A DNA stretch of 64,000 bases, from NCBI GenBank assembly GCA_049521795.1, contig JBEKOM010000001.1, forward strand, positions 192,001-256,000, in the 5' to 3' direction. The notes under the pieces are model-generated. The model saw nothing but the letters and a program-made list of their open reading frames with translations. It was not told where the DNA came from and searched no databases. Position numbers and translations under genes: made by a program. This DNA is from Candidatus Bathyarchaeia archaeon. GTDB taxonomy: Archaea; Thermoproteota; Bathyarchaeia; Bathyarchaeales; Bathycorpusculaceae. Below are positions 11,444 through 21,899 of this stretch, one piece after another; the stretch's first letter is position 1, and each line of letters starts with the position of its first letter.

Positions 11444-12817
11444 GTGAAGAAAACCAAGATCATCTGCACGATCGGTCCAGCTAGCATTTCGCGAGATACG
11501 CTCAGGAGAATGTACCGTGCAGGAATGAACGGTGCTAGAATAAACACGGCTTATGGGACACTTGAGCAATACGGCATAATGGTTAGCCGTCTGCGAGAAG
11601 TAGCAGACATTCCCACAATTGTCGACTTAAAAGGGCCTGAGATAAGGCTCAGAGCGAAGGTTAAGAAAATCGTCAATGCGGGAGACGTTTTCGAACTGGG
11701 CAAGGGTAAGAGGATAGGCTTCAACAGCGACATCTATGAGGATGTAGATGTCGGAGACACTGTTCTTGTGGACAACGGTAGGCTGAGAACGCAGGTCGTG
11801 GAAAAACACGGAGAAGTCTTGAAGCTGCTTGCAAAAACAAGCGGCGAAATAGATGATGGAAAGGGAGTCAACATCCCGAACAAGAAGCTCGCAGTCCCAA
11901 CTCTCTCAAAAAAAGACTTACAAATAATAGATTTTGCAAAAGAGAACGATGTCGAATTCATTGCTCTCTCGTTCACAAGAAGTGCCCAAGACATCACTAA
12001 CCTGAAGAAAGAGGCCAACGGTTTTAAGGATGCAATCATCGCCAAGATCGAGAATTCTGAAGGTGTCGACAAATTCAATGAGATCCTTGACGCCTCAGAC
12101 GGAATCATGGTGGCAAGAGGCGACCTAGGCGTTGAAATAGAACCTGAAAAGGTCCCGCACGTTCAGAAATCAATAATCAGAAAATGCAATCAGAGAGGAA
12201 AAATCGTCGTAACAGCGACGGAAATGCTAGAATCCATGACGCACCAGCCGATCCCAACCAGAGCCGAAGTCAGCGATGTCGCCAACGCAATACTTGATGG
12301 GACAGAGGTAACGATGCTTTCAGGAGAGACAGCGGTGGGGCAGTACCCTGTGGAATCTGTCCTGATGATGTCCAGAATAGCGAAAGAAACTGAAAAAGCA
12401 GTCAAAAGTCACGTCGAAGACGAGGGGTTCATCAACATCTCGGACACTGTAAGCAAGGCGGTTCAAAGGATATGCCAAGAAATGCCTGTGCACAAAGTCG
12501 TCACGCTGACTAGGTCAGGCTACACTGCTCGAATGATCTCAAGGTTTAAGATCCCACAACAAATCGTCGCCGTCACGCCTGACAACCGCGTCAAGAAACA
12601 ACTTGAACTCTCCTACGGCGTCTACCCAGTGCACTTTGACTACCTCAAAGAAGACGACCGAATTCTGGCCGCAGCAAACAAGCTTCAAACAATGGGCCTT
12701 GTCCGCGACCAAGACACAGTTGTTTTCACTGCAGCCTTCAGAACCTCCAACCCGCATTCGAGCAATCTGATCGAGATACATAACATCAAAGAACTTGTAC
12801 AGCTGACCGATACATAA
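11444..12817 (+). CDS. pyk: Pyruvate kinase
   Basis: KTKIICTIGP, AKIE, MVARGDLG, PTRAEVSDV, MLSGETA. Confidence 0.97.
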   Translation: MKKTKIICTIGPASISRDTLRRMYRAGMNGARINTAYGTLEQYGIMVSRLREVADIPTIVDLKGPEIRLRAKVKKIVNAGDVFELGKGKRIGFNSDIYEDVDVGDTVLVDNGRLRTQVVEKHGEVLKLLAKTSGEIDDGKGVNIPNKKLAVPTLSKKDLQIIDFAKENDVEFIALSFTRSAQDITNLKKEANGFKDAIIAKIENSEGVDKFNEILDASDGIMVARGDLGVEIEPEKVPHVQKSIIRKCNQRGKIVVTATEMLESMTHQPIPTRAEVSDVANAILDGTEVTMLSGETAVGQYPVESVLMMSRIAKETEKAVKSHVEDEGFINISDTVSKAVQRICQEMPVHKVVTLTRSGYTARMISRFKIPQQIVAVTPDNRVKKQLELSYGVYPVHFDYLKEDDRILAAANKLQTMGLVRDQDTVVFTAAFRTSNPHSSNLIEIHNIKELVQLTDT

Positions 12818-12866
12818 CAAACTGCTTTTCTCTCTATGGCGTCGCGCGCATGACAGGAGGGCTAGT

Positions 12867-14117
12867 CTAGCTCTTGTTACCAATAACCGACTTGTATATG
12901 TCGATCGTTTGTTCTGCAACCTTTCTCCAAGTGAAGAATTCAAGAACTCTCTTACGTCCATTCCGGCCCCATGTTTTTGCTCTCTGTGGGTCCTCCAGCG
13001 TCTCTTTTATTCCCCAAGCTATGTCGGTTGGCTCTTCACCGTTTACGTGCATTCCAGTTTGATTGGGACCAGAAGGGATGACCTGTTCTCTGAACCCCAC
13101 CACCCCGTGCGCGCCGACCACTATGGGTTTCTCCATGGCCATGGCTTCAAGGCTCACGATGCCGAACGGTTCGTACACGGAGGGAAAAACGCAGAGGTCG
13201 GCAGCTGCATAGTGCAGTATTCTTTCATCTTCTGGAACAAATTCGAAGCGGCAGATAACGTTCTCTCCGATTCCAAGCCTGGCCGCCATCTCCAGTATGT
13301 CCTTTTGTTCCTCCCCTCTGCCCAAGATGACAAGCTTGGTTTTCGGGTACTCGTTCAGAACCATCGGAATAGCCTGCACTAAGTTCCTGACGCTTTTGAC
13401 CCATGTGAGTCTGCCGACGAACAGCAGCAGGTTCCAATCCTTTGGAACTCCATACTTTTCTCTTAACCCATCGATTGCTTCTTGACTGCAGTTTTTGGGC
13501 TTGTAGCGTTCTTCGTCGACACCGTTCCAGACAACGCTGATCTTGGGTTCGTTCCAACCGTGGCGAGTAAGGTCGTCGTGCATCGCGTAGCTTACGGTTA
13601 TTATGTGATCGGCCAGTTGTGCCGTTGCCTGCTCAAAGTGAGAGACCACTTCAGAGCCCTGTCCTCCGCTTCTTCCCCATTCGGTGCTGTGGACATGAAA
13701 GACCACGGGGATTTTCGTTTCATTCTTGGTTATTATGCCAGCGATGCTGCTCAGCCAGTCGTGAACGCACACGATGTCGAATTTGCTACCTTCTTTCTTA
13801 ATGAGTCCATTGATGAATTTCGTGGCGCTCAGAACGTTGTACATGAAGATGTCGCTGAAAAACCGGATATTGGTTCCCCATTTCACCAAGTCATTCGTGA
13901 CGAACATCGGGAAGACGTTGCTTGCGTCGGCAATCATGGGACGATGAACTTCTACCCCTTTCATGATCTCACGTGTCTTCAATTCTCCCGTGTTTAGAGT
14001 GAAAACGGCCACATCATGGCCCATTTCAATAAACTCATGAGTTATGTACTCAGCATAAGTTCCAAGCCCGCCTACGAGCTGTGGCGGATACTCATAGACA
14101 AAGAAGCCAATCTTCAA
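12867..14117 (-). CDS. GT4 glycosyltransferase (glycogen-synthase-like)
   Basis: EYPP..VGGLG, HDW, HSTE.GR, YEPFGIV.LEAM. Confidence 0.85.
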   Translation of the reverse strand: MKIGFFVYEYPPQLVGGLGTYAEYITHEFIEMGHDVAVFTLNTGELKTREIMKGVEVHRPMIADASNVFPMFVTNDLVKWGTNIRFFSDIFMYNVLSATKFINGLIKKEGSKFDIVCVHDWLSSIAGIITKNETKIPVVFHVHSTEWGRSGGQGSEVVSHFEQATAQLADHIITVSYAMHDDLTRHGWNEPKISVVWNGVDEERYKPKNCSQEAIDGLREKYGVPKDWNLLLFVGRLTWVKSVRNLVQAIPMVLNEYPKTKLVILGRGEEQKDILEMAARLGIGENVICRFEFVPEDERILHYAAADLCVFPSVYEPFGIVSLEAMAMEKPIVVGAHGVVGFREQVIPSGPNQTGMHVNGEEPTDIAWGIKETLEDPQRAKTWGRNGRKRVLEFFTWRKVAEQTIDIYKSVIGNKS

Positions 14118-14358
14118 CGGGTGCCCTCCACGCGCAACAACTTGCGCGCTTGTTCCTAATTAAGCAGTTCCCTTTAAAGAAGGAGCGGTTTAGCAAACTT
14201 CCATCAATCGAATGCGTCAACCAAGAAGGAAAGAGCCGAAGGAATTAGCAACAGGCTGACGACGAGATGTTCACTGCGTGCGCTGCGATGAGAAGAGTAT
14301 ATGTTTACTAACTTGTTTTAGTGAGGTAAATGTGATAAACTAACATGCAGTCTCTGCT

Positions 14359-15159
14359 TTGGCCAAAGGGATGCCGTTGACGTCACGACAATGTCTTCAA
14401 AGATTAAGAAGAAAAGCACCGCAGCTGTTGATTCTAGCAATAGTCGCTGTGTTGGTTCTAATCGTTCTGCTGGGTACTCTTGAAGATACCTTAATCGAAG
14501 GCGGCCCGTTCACGGGCACACCGCTCGATTTACTGTTGAGAGCCCTCGTCACGCTCACTCAAGACGCCACTTCCACCGTCTCTTCGTGGGGTTATGCCGG
14601 AATCTTCTTGTTGATGTTACTCGAGGCCAGTTCTCTGCCTATTCCAAGCGAAGTGATACTTCCATTCGCGGGTTACCTTGTTTCCTTGGGCCAGCTCAAC
14701 CTGTGGATAACTATCCTGATATCAACTCTTGCAGGAATTATGGGTTCGCTGGTTGACTACTACATCGGAATGAAAGGAATAAACCTGTTGACGCAACGGA
14801 GAATGCTGGACAGGGTCTTTTTTAGCACGGCACGCTTAGAGACTGTTGAGAAGTGGTTCAACAAGTATGGCTCGCTCGTTGTGTTTCTGGGCCGCATGAT
14901 CCCCGGGTTCAGAACCCTAGTGTCATTTCCAGCAGGAGCAGTGAAGATGCAGCTTCGCAAGTTTGTCGCATACACAGCATGTGGGTGCCTAGTCTGGGAC
15001 GCCTTTCTAATCTACATTGGCATATACGTAGGCGCAAATTGGCGAGAGGTTGCCGGTGTGTCGCATTACCTGATCCTCGGGGTCTTGGCCGCGATCCTCG
15101 TGGCAATCGTGGCGTTGCTTATCAAGAGAAAGAAAGGCCAGCAAGGTTCACAGCACTAA
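14359..15159 (+). CDS. DedA family membrane protein
   Basis: LE...LPIPSEVILPFAG, GRMIPG.R..VS.PAG. Confidence 0.9.
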   Translation: MAKGMPLTSRQCLQRLRRKAPQLLILAIVAVLVLIVLLGTLEDTLIEGGPFTGTPLDLLLRALVTLTQDATSTVSSWGYAGIFLLMLLEASSLPIPSEVILPFAGYLVSLGQLNLWITILISTLAGIMGSLVDYYIGMKGINLLTQRRMLDRVFFSTARLETVEKWFNKYGSLVVFLGRMIPGFRTLVSFPAGAVKMQLRKFVAYTACGCLVWDAFLIYIGIYVGANWREVAGVSHYLILGVLAAILVAIVALLIKRKKGQQGSQH

Positions 15160-15207
15160 GAGCGCGCGCTGCTGAAACGCTTATATTCATTCACGCTTGT
15201 CAAGGTC

Positions 15208-15756
15208 ATGAGCCTAATGTCCGACTCTGGTTTCAAGGCTATGGCTTTCACTTTCAGGATACGGGATTTCCTGAGACCGCGCAGCGACATTGTGAAGGAA
15301 GCAGGGATAAGAGAAGGCTTTCGCGTGCTTGATTATGGTTGTGGACCAGGCAGCTATGTGAAAGCTGTTTCTGAGATTGTTCGAGAGTCCGGAAAGGTTT
15401 ATGCTTTGGACATTCACCGGCTTGCGGTTGAGAGCGTTAAGAAAATTTCGGAAAAGAACGGCCTCAAAAACATAGAAACGATTCTCTCCGACCGCAAGAC
15501 TGGGTTGCCAGACGGGAGCATAGAGGTGGTTTTGCTGTATGATACGTTTCACGACTTAGTGGATCCGAATGGCGTGTTGGAAGAACTCAGCCGTGTGTTG
15601 AAGCCAGATGGAATTCTGTCGTTCAGCGACCATCACATGATAGAGGACGAGATAATTTCGAAAATCACGAATAGAGAACTGTTTAGATTGTTGAGAAAAG
15701 GAGAAAAAACGTACAGCTTCGTGAAAGAAGCATTTCCTTCAAAGGGCACCTTCTAA
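15208..15756 (+). CDS. Class I SAM-dependent methyltransferase
   Basis: VLDYGCGPG, VYALDI, RVLKPDG. Confidence 0.9.
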   Translation: MSLMSDSGFKAMAFTFRIRDFLRPRSDIVKEAGIREGFRVLDYGCGPGSYVKAVSEIVRESGKVYALDIHRLAVESVKKISEKNGLKNIETILSDRKTGLPDGSIEVVLLYDTFHDLVDPNGVLEELSRVLKPDGILSFSDHHMIEDEIISKITNRELFRLLRKGEKTYSFVKEAFPSKGTF

Positions 15757-15781
15757 GCAACCCGAGTTTGGCAGAGCTTTT

Positions 15782-16504
15782 TCAGGAGCGCATTTTTCCC
15801 AGAATCAGGAAATTGCTGAACTTCTTTAACCGGTTTTCAGCATCATCCAAGAGCTTCTTGAGCTCTGAACCGTCGACCTCGTATGGATCAGCGCTGTTCG
15901 GGAACTTCCAGATTTGAACCTTGCCATCTTCGTCTGCTCCGATCGAATCGTCTATTTTGCACTCGTCTATCAGGCGAATGATAAACGTGACGATAACTGC
16001 CATGTCGTTCATAGCTGATTTGTTGGAATAGGATGGTTTGATGAAAACGTAGGCGTATTGTGCCCCAGTTCCTATGACCTTGTAGTCGTTAACCCTGCTT
16101 GATGTTCCCACTGCATCGACGCAGTACAAGAACGGCTGAGCCAACTTGGGCTTATGACACACAAGGGCTTCAAAAGCCTCAGACTCGTAGTCAAACCCCT
16201 CAGCCTTGTAGCGAGGACCGTAGATCTCGTATATTCTGTGAGCAACATCCTCAGTCAGCCCAACGAATCCTCTTGACGGGTCTTTCTTGACCAAACCCTT
16301 TTTCTCTAGGAGGTGCAAGTTTCTTATGTCTTGGACAAACTTCTCACGTATATCCAAGAACCCAGCAGCGGCCACCACCAGGTTCTCATACTTCTCAACC
16401 GAGATTATCTTATCCTCATAGTAAGTCATCTCGCCAGCCTTCACCTTCTTGTCACCAACTATCACTATCCCGTCTTTGCAGACTACTCCAACAATGCAAG
16501 TCAT
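15782..16504 (-). CDS. Proteasome-beta-like Ntn hydrolase without propeptide
   Basis: MTCIVG..CKDGIVI.GDKK (Thr1, Asp17), IGTG..YA, D.SIG. Confidence 0.75.
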   Translation of the reverse strand: MTCIVGVVCKDGIVIVGDKKVKAGEMTYYEDKIISVEKYENLVVAAAGFLDIREKFVQDIRNLHLLEKKGLVKKDPSRGFVGLTEDVAHRIYEIYGPRYKAEGFDYESEAFEALVCHKPKLAQPFLYCVDAVGTSSRVNDYKVIGTGAQYAYVFIKPSYSNKSAMNDMAVIVTFIIRLIDECKIDDSIGADEDGKVQIWKFPNSADPYEVDGSELKKLLDDAENRLKKFSNFLILGKMRS

Positions 16505-16590
16505 AACAGAAACCCCATTTTACGCTTGGATGGTTTAATCATTATATAAGGTGTTCGATCTCGAGCGCGCGCTCTACACTGCGGCTATAA

Positions 16591-16998
16591 CTATAAGGAC
16601 ATGAACATGGCTTTGACCTGCTGAATGCCGCGCATTCCTCTTACTCTTCCGATCAGGTCAAGTATTCTCTCGTTTTTCCCTTGCGCTATGAAGATTTCTA
16701 GGCAATATTTGTCGTCGATGTGTCTGTGGACGTTTTCCACCACTACGTCGTCAAATTCATGTCTGACTTCAGTCATTCTTAGGTCAACATCTCTTCTCGC
16801 GTAGTCAGAGGTGATCATTATCGTTGCAGCCACAGCGCCGGTTTCCACTCTTGCAATGTCAGCCTCAGCAATCAAGTTTCTCACGGCGTCTCGAAAGGCT
16901 TCTGACCGACTGTAGTAACCTCGCGCCTTCATGAAGTCGTCGAACCTGATGAGAAGGTCGTTTGGAAGCGTAATGCTGATCACGGTCATGTTTTTCAC
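16591..16998 (-). CDS. nikR: NikR family regulator
   Basis: RHH (ISITLP...YSRSEAFRDA) plus HEF...HRH...CLE metal site. Confidence 0.9.
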   Translation of the reverse strand: MKNMTVISITLPNDLLIRFDDFMKARGYYSRSEAFRDAVRNLIAEADIARVETGAVAATIMITSDYARRDVDLRMTEVRHEFDDVVVENVHRHIDDKYCLEIFIAQGKNERILDLIGRVRGMRGIQQVKAMFMSL

Positions 16999-17114
16999 GC
17001 CTGCAATATTAACTTAGCATCATGAGACTATTGCCTTATTAATATTTCGCTCGTATTTGTCAGCACTAGATTAATATCGCAAACTGCGCATTCATGACTT
17101 AAGGCTGACAGCAT

Positions 17115-19061
17115 ATGGCTTGCAGGGACGAAGAGCAGACAGAGGCTTACAAAGGAACGAACAGACAGAAGTGGATGTTGCTCGCTGTAGCCTTGGGTCT
17201 GACTATGCTAGCAACGACTTTGCTTGATCTCTTGTTTCATGGAATTCCGTTGGGCTTCAGCTTGCCTTTGCTCAACGAGCCTGCAACGATGTCAAGGATA
17301 ACGTACTATTTGGCAATCATTAGCGCAGGCGTGTTCGTAGGGCTCTTAGCGTTAAAAGAGCTGGTTGCCGAGAAGAGGTTCTCGGTCGAGTTTCTAATGT
17401 CAGCAGCCGCGTTTGGCGCTGCTTATCTGGGTTTTCTCTTCGAAGCTGTGACAGTGCTTTTTCTTTACGCGTTAGCCGAATATTTTGAGGGTTTTATCGA
17501 GGACAGGGCTCGAAAAACGATTGAGAGGCTTTCGCAGTTTATGCCGGATAAGGCAACAGTGCTAGTCGGTGGCGCTGAGACGAGCGTCGGCGTGAAGGAA
17601 GTTCAGCCAGGTATGATTGTCCTTCTGAAGCCCGGCGAGAGGATCCCCCTCGACGGGGTTGTGGTTGATGGCAACTCTTCTGTTGATCAGTCGCTCATCA
17701 CAGGGGAATCAGTTCCCATGACAAAGGCGGCCAATGATTGCGTCTACGCGGGCACGTTGAACTTGAGCGGTGTTCTTAAGGTCCTTGTAAAGACTGGGTC
17801 TCAAGACACTTTGGCTTCAAGGATTGGCAAGCTTGTTATCGAATCTAGGAAAAGAAAGGCATCCGTCGAAAAACTAGTTGACAAGTTTGCCCGCATCTAC
17901 ATCCCGATAGTCATATCCTTAGCTGTCCTGACGGCGCTGGTGTTTCCCAGAGTTTTTGGCGGGCCATTCGAAACCTGGCTCTACAGATCCTTAACGCTTC
18001 TGGTGATCTCATGCCCGAGCGCATTCATAATCTCGGTTCCAGCAACCATTTTCACGGCAGTAACGATTGCCGCGAGAAAAGGAGTGATCGTCAAGGGCGG
18101 CGTCTACATCGAAAAATTGGCCAAGGTCAAGTCGGTTGTTTTCGACAAGACTGGAACGCTGACCTTCGGCGAGCCCACAGTGCACAACGTGAACGACGTT
18201 GAGCATGCAGGGTCGCGTGCCCTGATGTACGCTGCTGCCCTCGAACAGTATTCTCACCATCCTCTTGCTCGGACCATCGTGAGAAAAGCAGCTGAGCGCA
18301 ACCTGGATTTAAGTAAACTGGAAGTTAGGGAAGTGAAGGAGGTTCCAGGCAAGGGGCTCATCGGCTACGTTGGTGATGCTCACGTGGCCGTCGGAAACAT
18401 GGAACTGATGGAAGAAAACGTCTGCAACTGTGACCAGATAACTGAGCTCTACGAGAACGATAAACACACGTTCATGTGCGTATCGATTGACAGGTCTGCC
18501 GTGGCAACCATCTGCGTGACTGATGAAGTTCGAAACGATGCTGTTGAAACAGTAGAAGCTTTGAAGAGAGCTGGTATCCACACGGCGATGCTGACTGGAG
18601 ACAAGACCGAGATCGCCAATGAAATCTCTGCGAGACTTGGAATGAATGAGGTCCATGCAGAGCTTCTTCCAGAAGACAAGCTAAGAGTTCTGAGTCAGAT
18701 AAGAGCCAAGCATGGACAGGTGGCAATGGTGGGCGACGGGGTTAATGATGCTCCGGCGCTGGCAGCCGCTGACGTGGGCATTGCAATGGGAGGCAGGGGA
18801 GTCGATGTTGCTCTGGAGTCTGCTGACGTTGTTCTCGTCAAAGACAAGCTGAGCCAGATTCCATACATGATAAAGTTAAGCGATAAGACCGTCAAGATCG
18901 CAAAACAGAACATTGCTGCGTCCATTGCCGTTAAGGTGGTCTTGGGTGCGCTGGGACTGATCGGCTTGACTCCGTTGTGGTTTGCAGTAGCCTCAGGCGA
19001 CGACGGTTTAACACTCTTAGTGCTTCTGAACACCTTACGCCTGAAGCGCGTAAATGTCTAG
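17115..19061 (+). CDS. Heavy-metal P1B ATPase
   Basis: [25 protein letters not shown]. Confidence 0.95.
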   Translation: MACRDEEQTEAYKGTNRQKWMLLAVALGLTMLATTLLDLLFHGIPLGFSLPLLNEPATMSRITYYLAIISAGVFVGLLALKELVAEKRFSVEFLMSAAAFGAAYLGFLFEAVTVLFLYALAEYFEGFIEDRARKTIERLSQFMPDKATVLVGGAETSVGVKEVQPGMIVLLKPGERIPLDGVVVDGNSSVDQSLITGESVPMTKAANDCVYAGTLNLSGVLKVLVKTGSQDTLASRIGKLVIESRKRKASVEKLVDKFARIYIPIVISLAVLTALVFPRVFGGPFETWLYRSLTLLVISCPSAFIISVPATIFTAVTIAARKGVIVKGGVYIEKLAKVKSVVFDKTGTLTFGEPTVHNVNDVEHAGSRALMYAAALEQYSHHPLARTIVRKAAERNLDLSKLEVREVKEVPGKGLIGYVGDAHVAVGNMELMEENVCNCDQITELYENDKHTFMCVSIDRSAVATICVTDEVRNDAVETVEALKRAGIHTAMLTGDKTEIANEISARLGMNEVHAELLPEDKLRVLSQIRAKHGQVAMVGDGVNDAPALAAADVGIAMGGRGVDVALESADVVLVKDKLSQIPYMIKLSDKTVKIAKQNIAASIAVKVVLGALGLIGLTPLWFAVASGDDGLTLLVLLNTLRLKRVNV

Positions 19062-19134
19062 CACAAGCAAGTCCTCCTTTCTTCGCGGTGTCCGGCGCAA
19101 GTTGTCGTGGCAACGCTAGTTAGGTTGAGGCAAA

Positions 19135-19881
19135 TCAGTTTGCGAGTTCCACGATTTTCATCAAGTAATCGGTCAGGTTTTCCTCAAATTCTTTCTCCGT
19201 CGGATTTTCTTTTAGATTCGTCATGAAGTCTTTGAGGTAGGCGAATCCTTCTTTCATCCGCGAGTTCGTTTGAGATAGGAATTTTTGAGCCTTGTTTTCT
19301 GCTTGGTCGTTAACGTCTGGTACGCCGTGCCTTATCATGTTGCTCAGAGCAAAACAGTTGTCCACCAGTATGCCTATGTTCAGCCACACACTCTTGACGC
19401 TTCTGGAGTCTAAGGGTTTGTCATTTATCCAGGTCAAAAAGAAATTGAAAGCTTCGTCAAGAGTAAATGACCCACTAAGGCTGAAAGCTCGAAAGGCCAC
19501 ATCGTCAGCGTACAAGTCTTGCACATGATTGATTGCCTGTTGAATGACTGCGATCTGATAGTCTTTGGTCAAATGGCTTTTCTCCAAAACGGACTTTTCA
19601 ACCCTGTTCAACAATTCATGATTGTGAGATGGATGGTTCGTGTTGATTCTGTAGATATGAGACATTTCATGTACTAGCAGTCCCTCAACCACGCTGGACG
19701 CTAACGCTCTACCTGAAATCACAATGACGTCGCCGCCGTCTCTCTTCGTTGAGTACCCCATGAATGACAACTTGGGATCGACAAAGACTTTTAGGCTATC
19801 CGAAATCTCGAAACCCGCATCCTTCATAATCTTCAACGCGCGGCGTATCGCCTTATTTGGGACAACCTTTTCGGAAGACAA
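19135..19881 (-). CDS. HExxH putative zinc metalloprotease
   Basis: LVHEMSHIYR...HPSH motif. Confidence 0.65.
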   Translation of the reverse strand: MSSEKVVPNKAIRRALKIMKDAGFEISDSLKVFVDPKLSFMGYSTKRDGGDVIVISGRALASSVVEGLLVHEMSHIYRINTNHPSHNHELLNRVEKSVLEKSHLTKDYQIAVIQQAINHVQDLYADDVAFRAFSLSGSFTLDEAFNFFLTWINDKPLDSRSVKSVWLNIGILVDNCFALSNMIRHGVPDVNDQAENKAQKFLSQTNSRMKEGFAYLKDFMTNLKENPTEKEFEENLTDYLMKIVELAN

Positions 19882-20213
19882 CCTTCAGATCACTGAACCT
19901 GTGGTCCGCGCTTCTACGGACTCGTGTTCTGCACTCTCTGAATTTATAATGATTCTTACAAAAAAAGGATGCGTGCACAGACGCGGGATTTTGGCTCGAA
20001 ATGATGGAAATATCCTGTGCAATTCTTTCTGTTAGCAGACCTCGCAGGTTCGTCTTCTGCTAGTTCCAGTGTTCTCGCAGGAGTATGCGGAAGGAAAGTT
20101 GCGAAGTTGAGCTGGCGCTAATATGTGGTAGCGGGGAGGGAAAAGGACGGAGCGGTCTGGGCGGTGGAAGATGTGAGGGTTCCAGTTCGGTCTCCGAATT
20201 CATTGAGAACCTC

Positions 20214-21143
20214 TCACTCATCTTCTTCACCCCCAGCAGTGCTTGGAATCACGGTGAGCTCCATCAGTTTCTCTCCGCGGAGGATCGAGAGTTTCGTCTT
20301 TTTTCCGATTACATTTTCGGTCAGAAGTGTCGGAAGGTCGTAGAAGTTTGTCACGGGACTTTCGTTGAACTTCAGTATCACGTCGCCCATTGCTAGACCG
20401 GCCTTTTTCGCTGGTGTACCCTGCTCGACTGAGAAAACCATGACTCCTGCATTCTGGTTGATACCTGATTGACTCGCGATTTCCTGCGGGATTGAAACAG
20501 TGTTTGACACTATGCCCAAGTATGCTCTTTTGATCTTTCCTCCGGTCATAAGCCTGTCGACGGTGCCTTTCACCTTGTTGACTGGAATCGCAATGCCACG
20601 AGACCAGATGAAGGCTGTGTTGAGACCTATCATTTTGCCGGAAACGTCGACCAGCGGTCCGCCTGAAAAGCCTGGATTGAGTCTAGCATCGGTGGCTATC
20701 ACATCCTCCATCGCTGTTCCTCTCCACCCTCTGAGCGTGCTACCCACGTTTGTGATTATGCCGGTGGTTGCGCTTGGCTGTCTGTTGAACGGGTTGGCTA
20801 GGGCCAGAACGAACTGGCCTGTGCTCAGTCTTTCGGAATCGCCGAGTTCTATCGGTTTGAAGACTGACTGTTCTGCCTTGAGCAGTGCTATGTCGGAATA
20901 GGGGTCAACGCCTACTGTCTTGGCTTCAAAGATTCTTTCTCCAGAGCCGATTCTGACGGACGCGCTTCTTCCGAGAACATGGTTGCACGTCACTATATAG
21001 CCCTCTGAACCGAAGACGACGCCTGTGCCTCTTGTCATCGTCGTGTTCACGCTGACCAAGGAAGGCGTGAGTTTACGCACGAGTTCAGTAGTAGCGTCAG
21101 AAAGCGACTTCAACACCTGCAAAGGATTAATTGACTGACTCAT
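20214..21143 (-). CDS. HtrA/DegP-type serine protease with PDZ domain, no signal peptide
   Basis: TCNHV, DIALL, NPGFSGGPL, C-terminal PDZ (PA.KAGL..GDVI). Confidence 0.92.
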   Translation of the reverse strand: MSQSINPLQVLKSLSDATTELVRKLTPSLVSVNTTMTRGTGVVFGSEGYIVTCNHVLGRSASVRIGSGERIFEAKTVGVDPYSDIALLKAEQSVFKPIELGDSERLSTGQFVLALANPFNRQPSATTGIITNVGSTLRGWRGTAMEDVIATDARLNPGFSGGPLVDVSGKMIGLNTAFIWSRGIAIPVNKVKGTVDRLMTGGKIKRAYLGIVSNTVSIPQEIASQSGINQNAGVMVFSVEQGTPAKKAGLAMGDVILKFNESPVTNFYDLPTLLTENVIGKKTKLSILRGEKLMELTVIPSTAGGEEDE

Positions 21144-21213
21144 ACTTTTTCACCTCAAAGATGAGAAGCCAGCGTCGTATTTGTTGACTAAGGAAAGCAG
21201 AAAGTCGGTCACA

Positions 21214-21855
21214 CTACGCTGGCGTCAGATGCACGTCGAAATCGCCAAAATAAGCTACGCGTCTGATCAACCGCGAGCTTGAACAGAGTTTACCTATGTA
21301 AGTCACAAGCTGATAAGAGGCTCTCAAAGCCATGTTCAAGTCCTTATCATGCAAGAACTTGGCCTCAATCGTGAGCGCTCTATCCGATATGTTAGCGTCA
21401 ACTTGAATGCCGCCATCTTCTGTGATCCACTTCAAAATGACCTCTTCGCGGCCTTTCTTTTCTGAGCTGCCTAACCAACGAAGCAAACCGAACCATCTTC
21501 CCATCAGTTGCGAGGCCAGATTTTGAACTGACATGTCGGAAGGCAGAAATGTCTGAAGCAGAGGGACACGAGACTGATCGCTGCAGACCGGATGTGGTCC
21601 TAGAAGTTCATCAATCTTCGGCGTAACCCTGTAACCTCCCTGCCCCTTCTCCACTATGCCTCCCTGCTCTAACCTGCTAAGGATTCTGGAAAGTGTCTCA
21701 GGATGCAGACCCATTCTTCTCTTAAGCCCATCGAACGTAAACAGGGCCAAGTCCTCTTCGCTTATCAAGTTAAGAACGTCGGCGTCTCGTTCACTGAACG
21801 AAGACTCATCGATGTCGTGCCAGTCAGCATTCAAGGTTGGCGTTGCCACCTTCAT
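21214..21855 (-). CDS. Winged-HTH protein
   Basis: FDGLKRRMGLHPETLSRILSRLE..G.V. Confidence 0.7.
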   Translation of the reverse strand: MKVATPTLNADWHDIDESSFSERDADVLNLISEEDLALFTFDGLKRRMGLHPETLSRILSRLEQGGIVEKGQGGYRVTPKIDELLGPHPVCSDQSRVPLLQTFLPSDMSVQNLASQLMGRWFGLLRWLGSSEKKGREEVILKWITEDGGIQVDANISDRALTIEAKFLHDKDLNMALRASYQLVTYIGKLCSSSRLIRRVAYFGDFDVHLTPA

Positions 21856-21899
21856 GAGTTAATTCATAGGAAATTTCCAATCAGACTTCTCCATTACGA

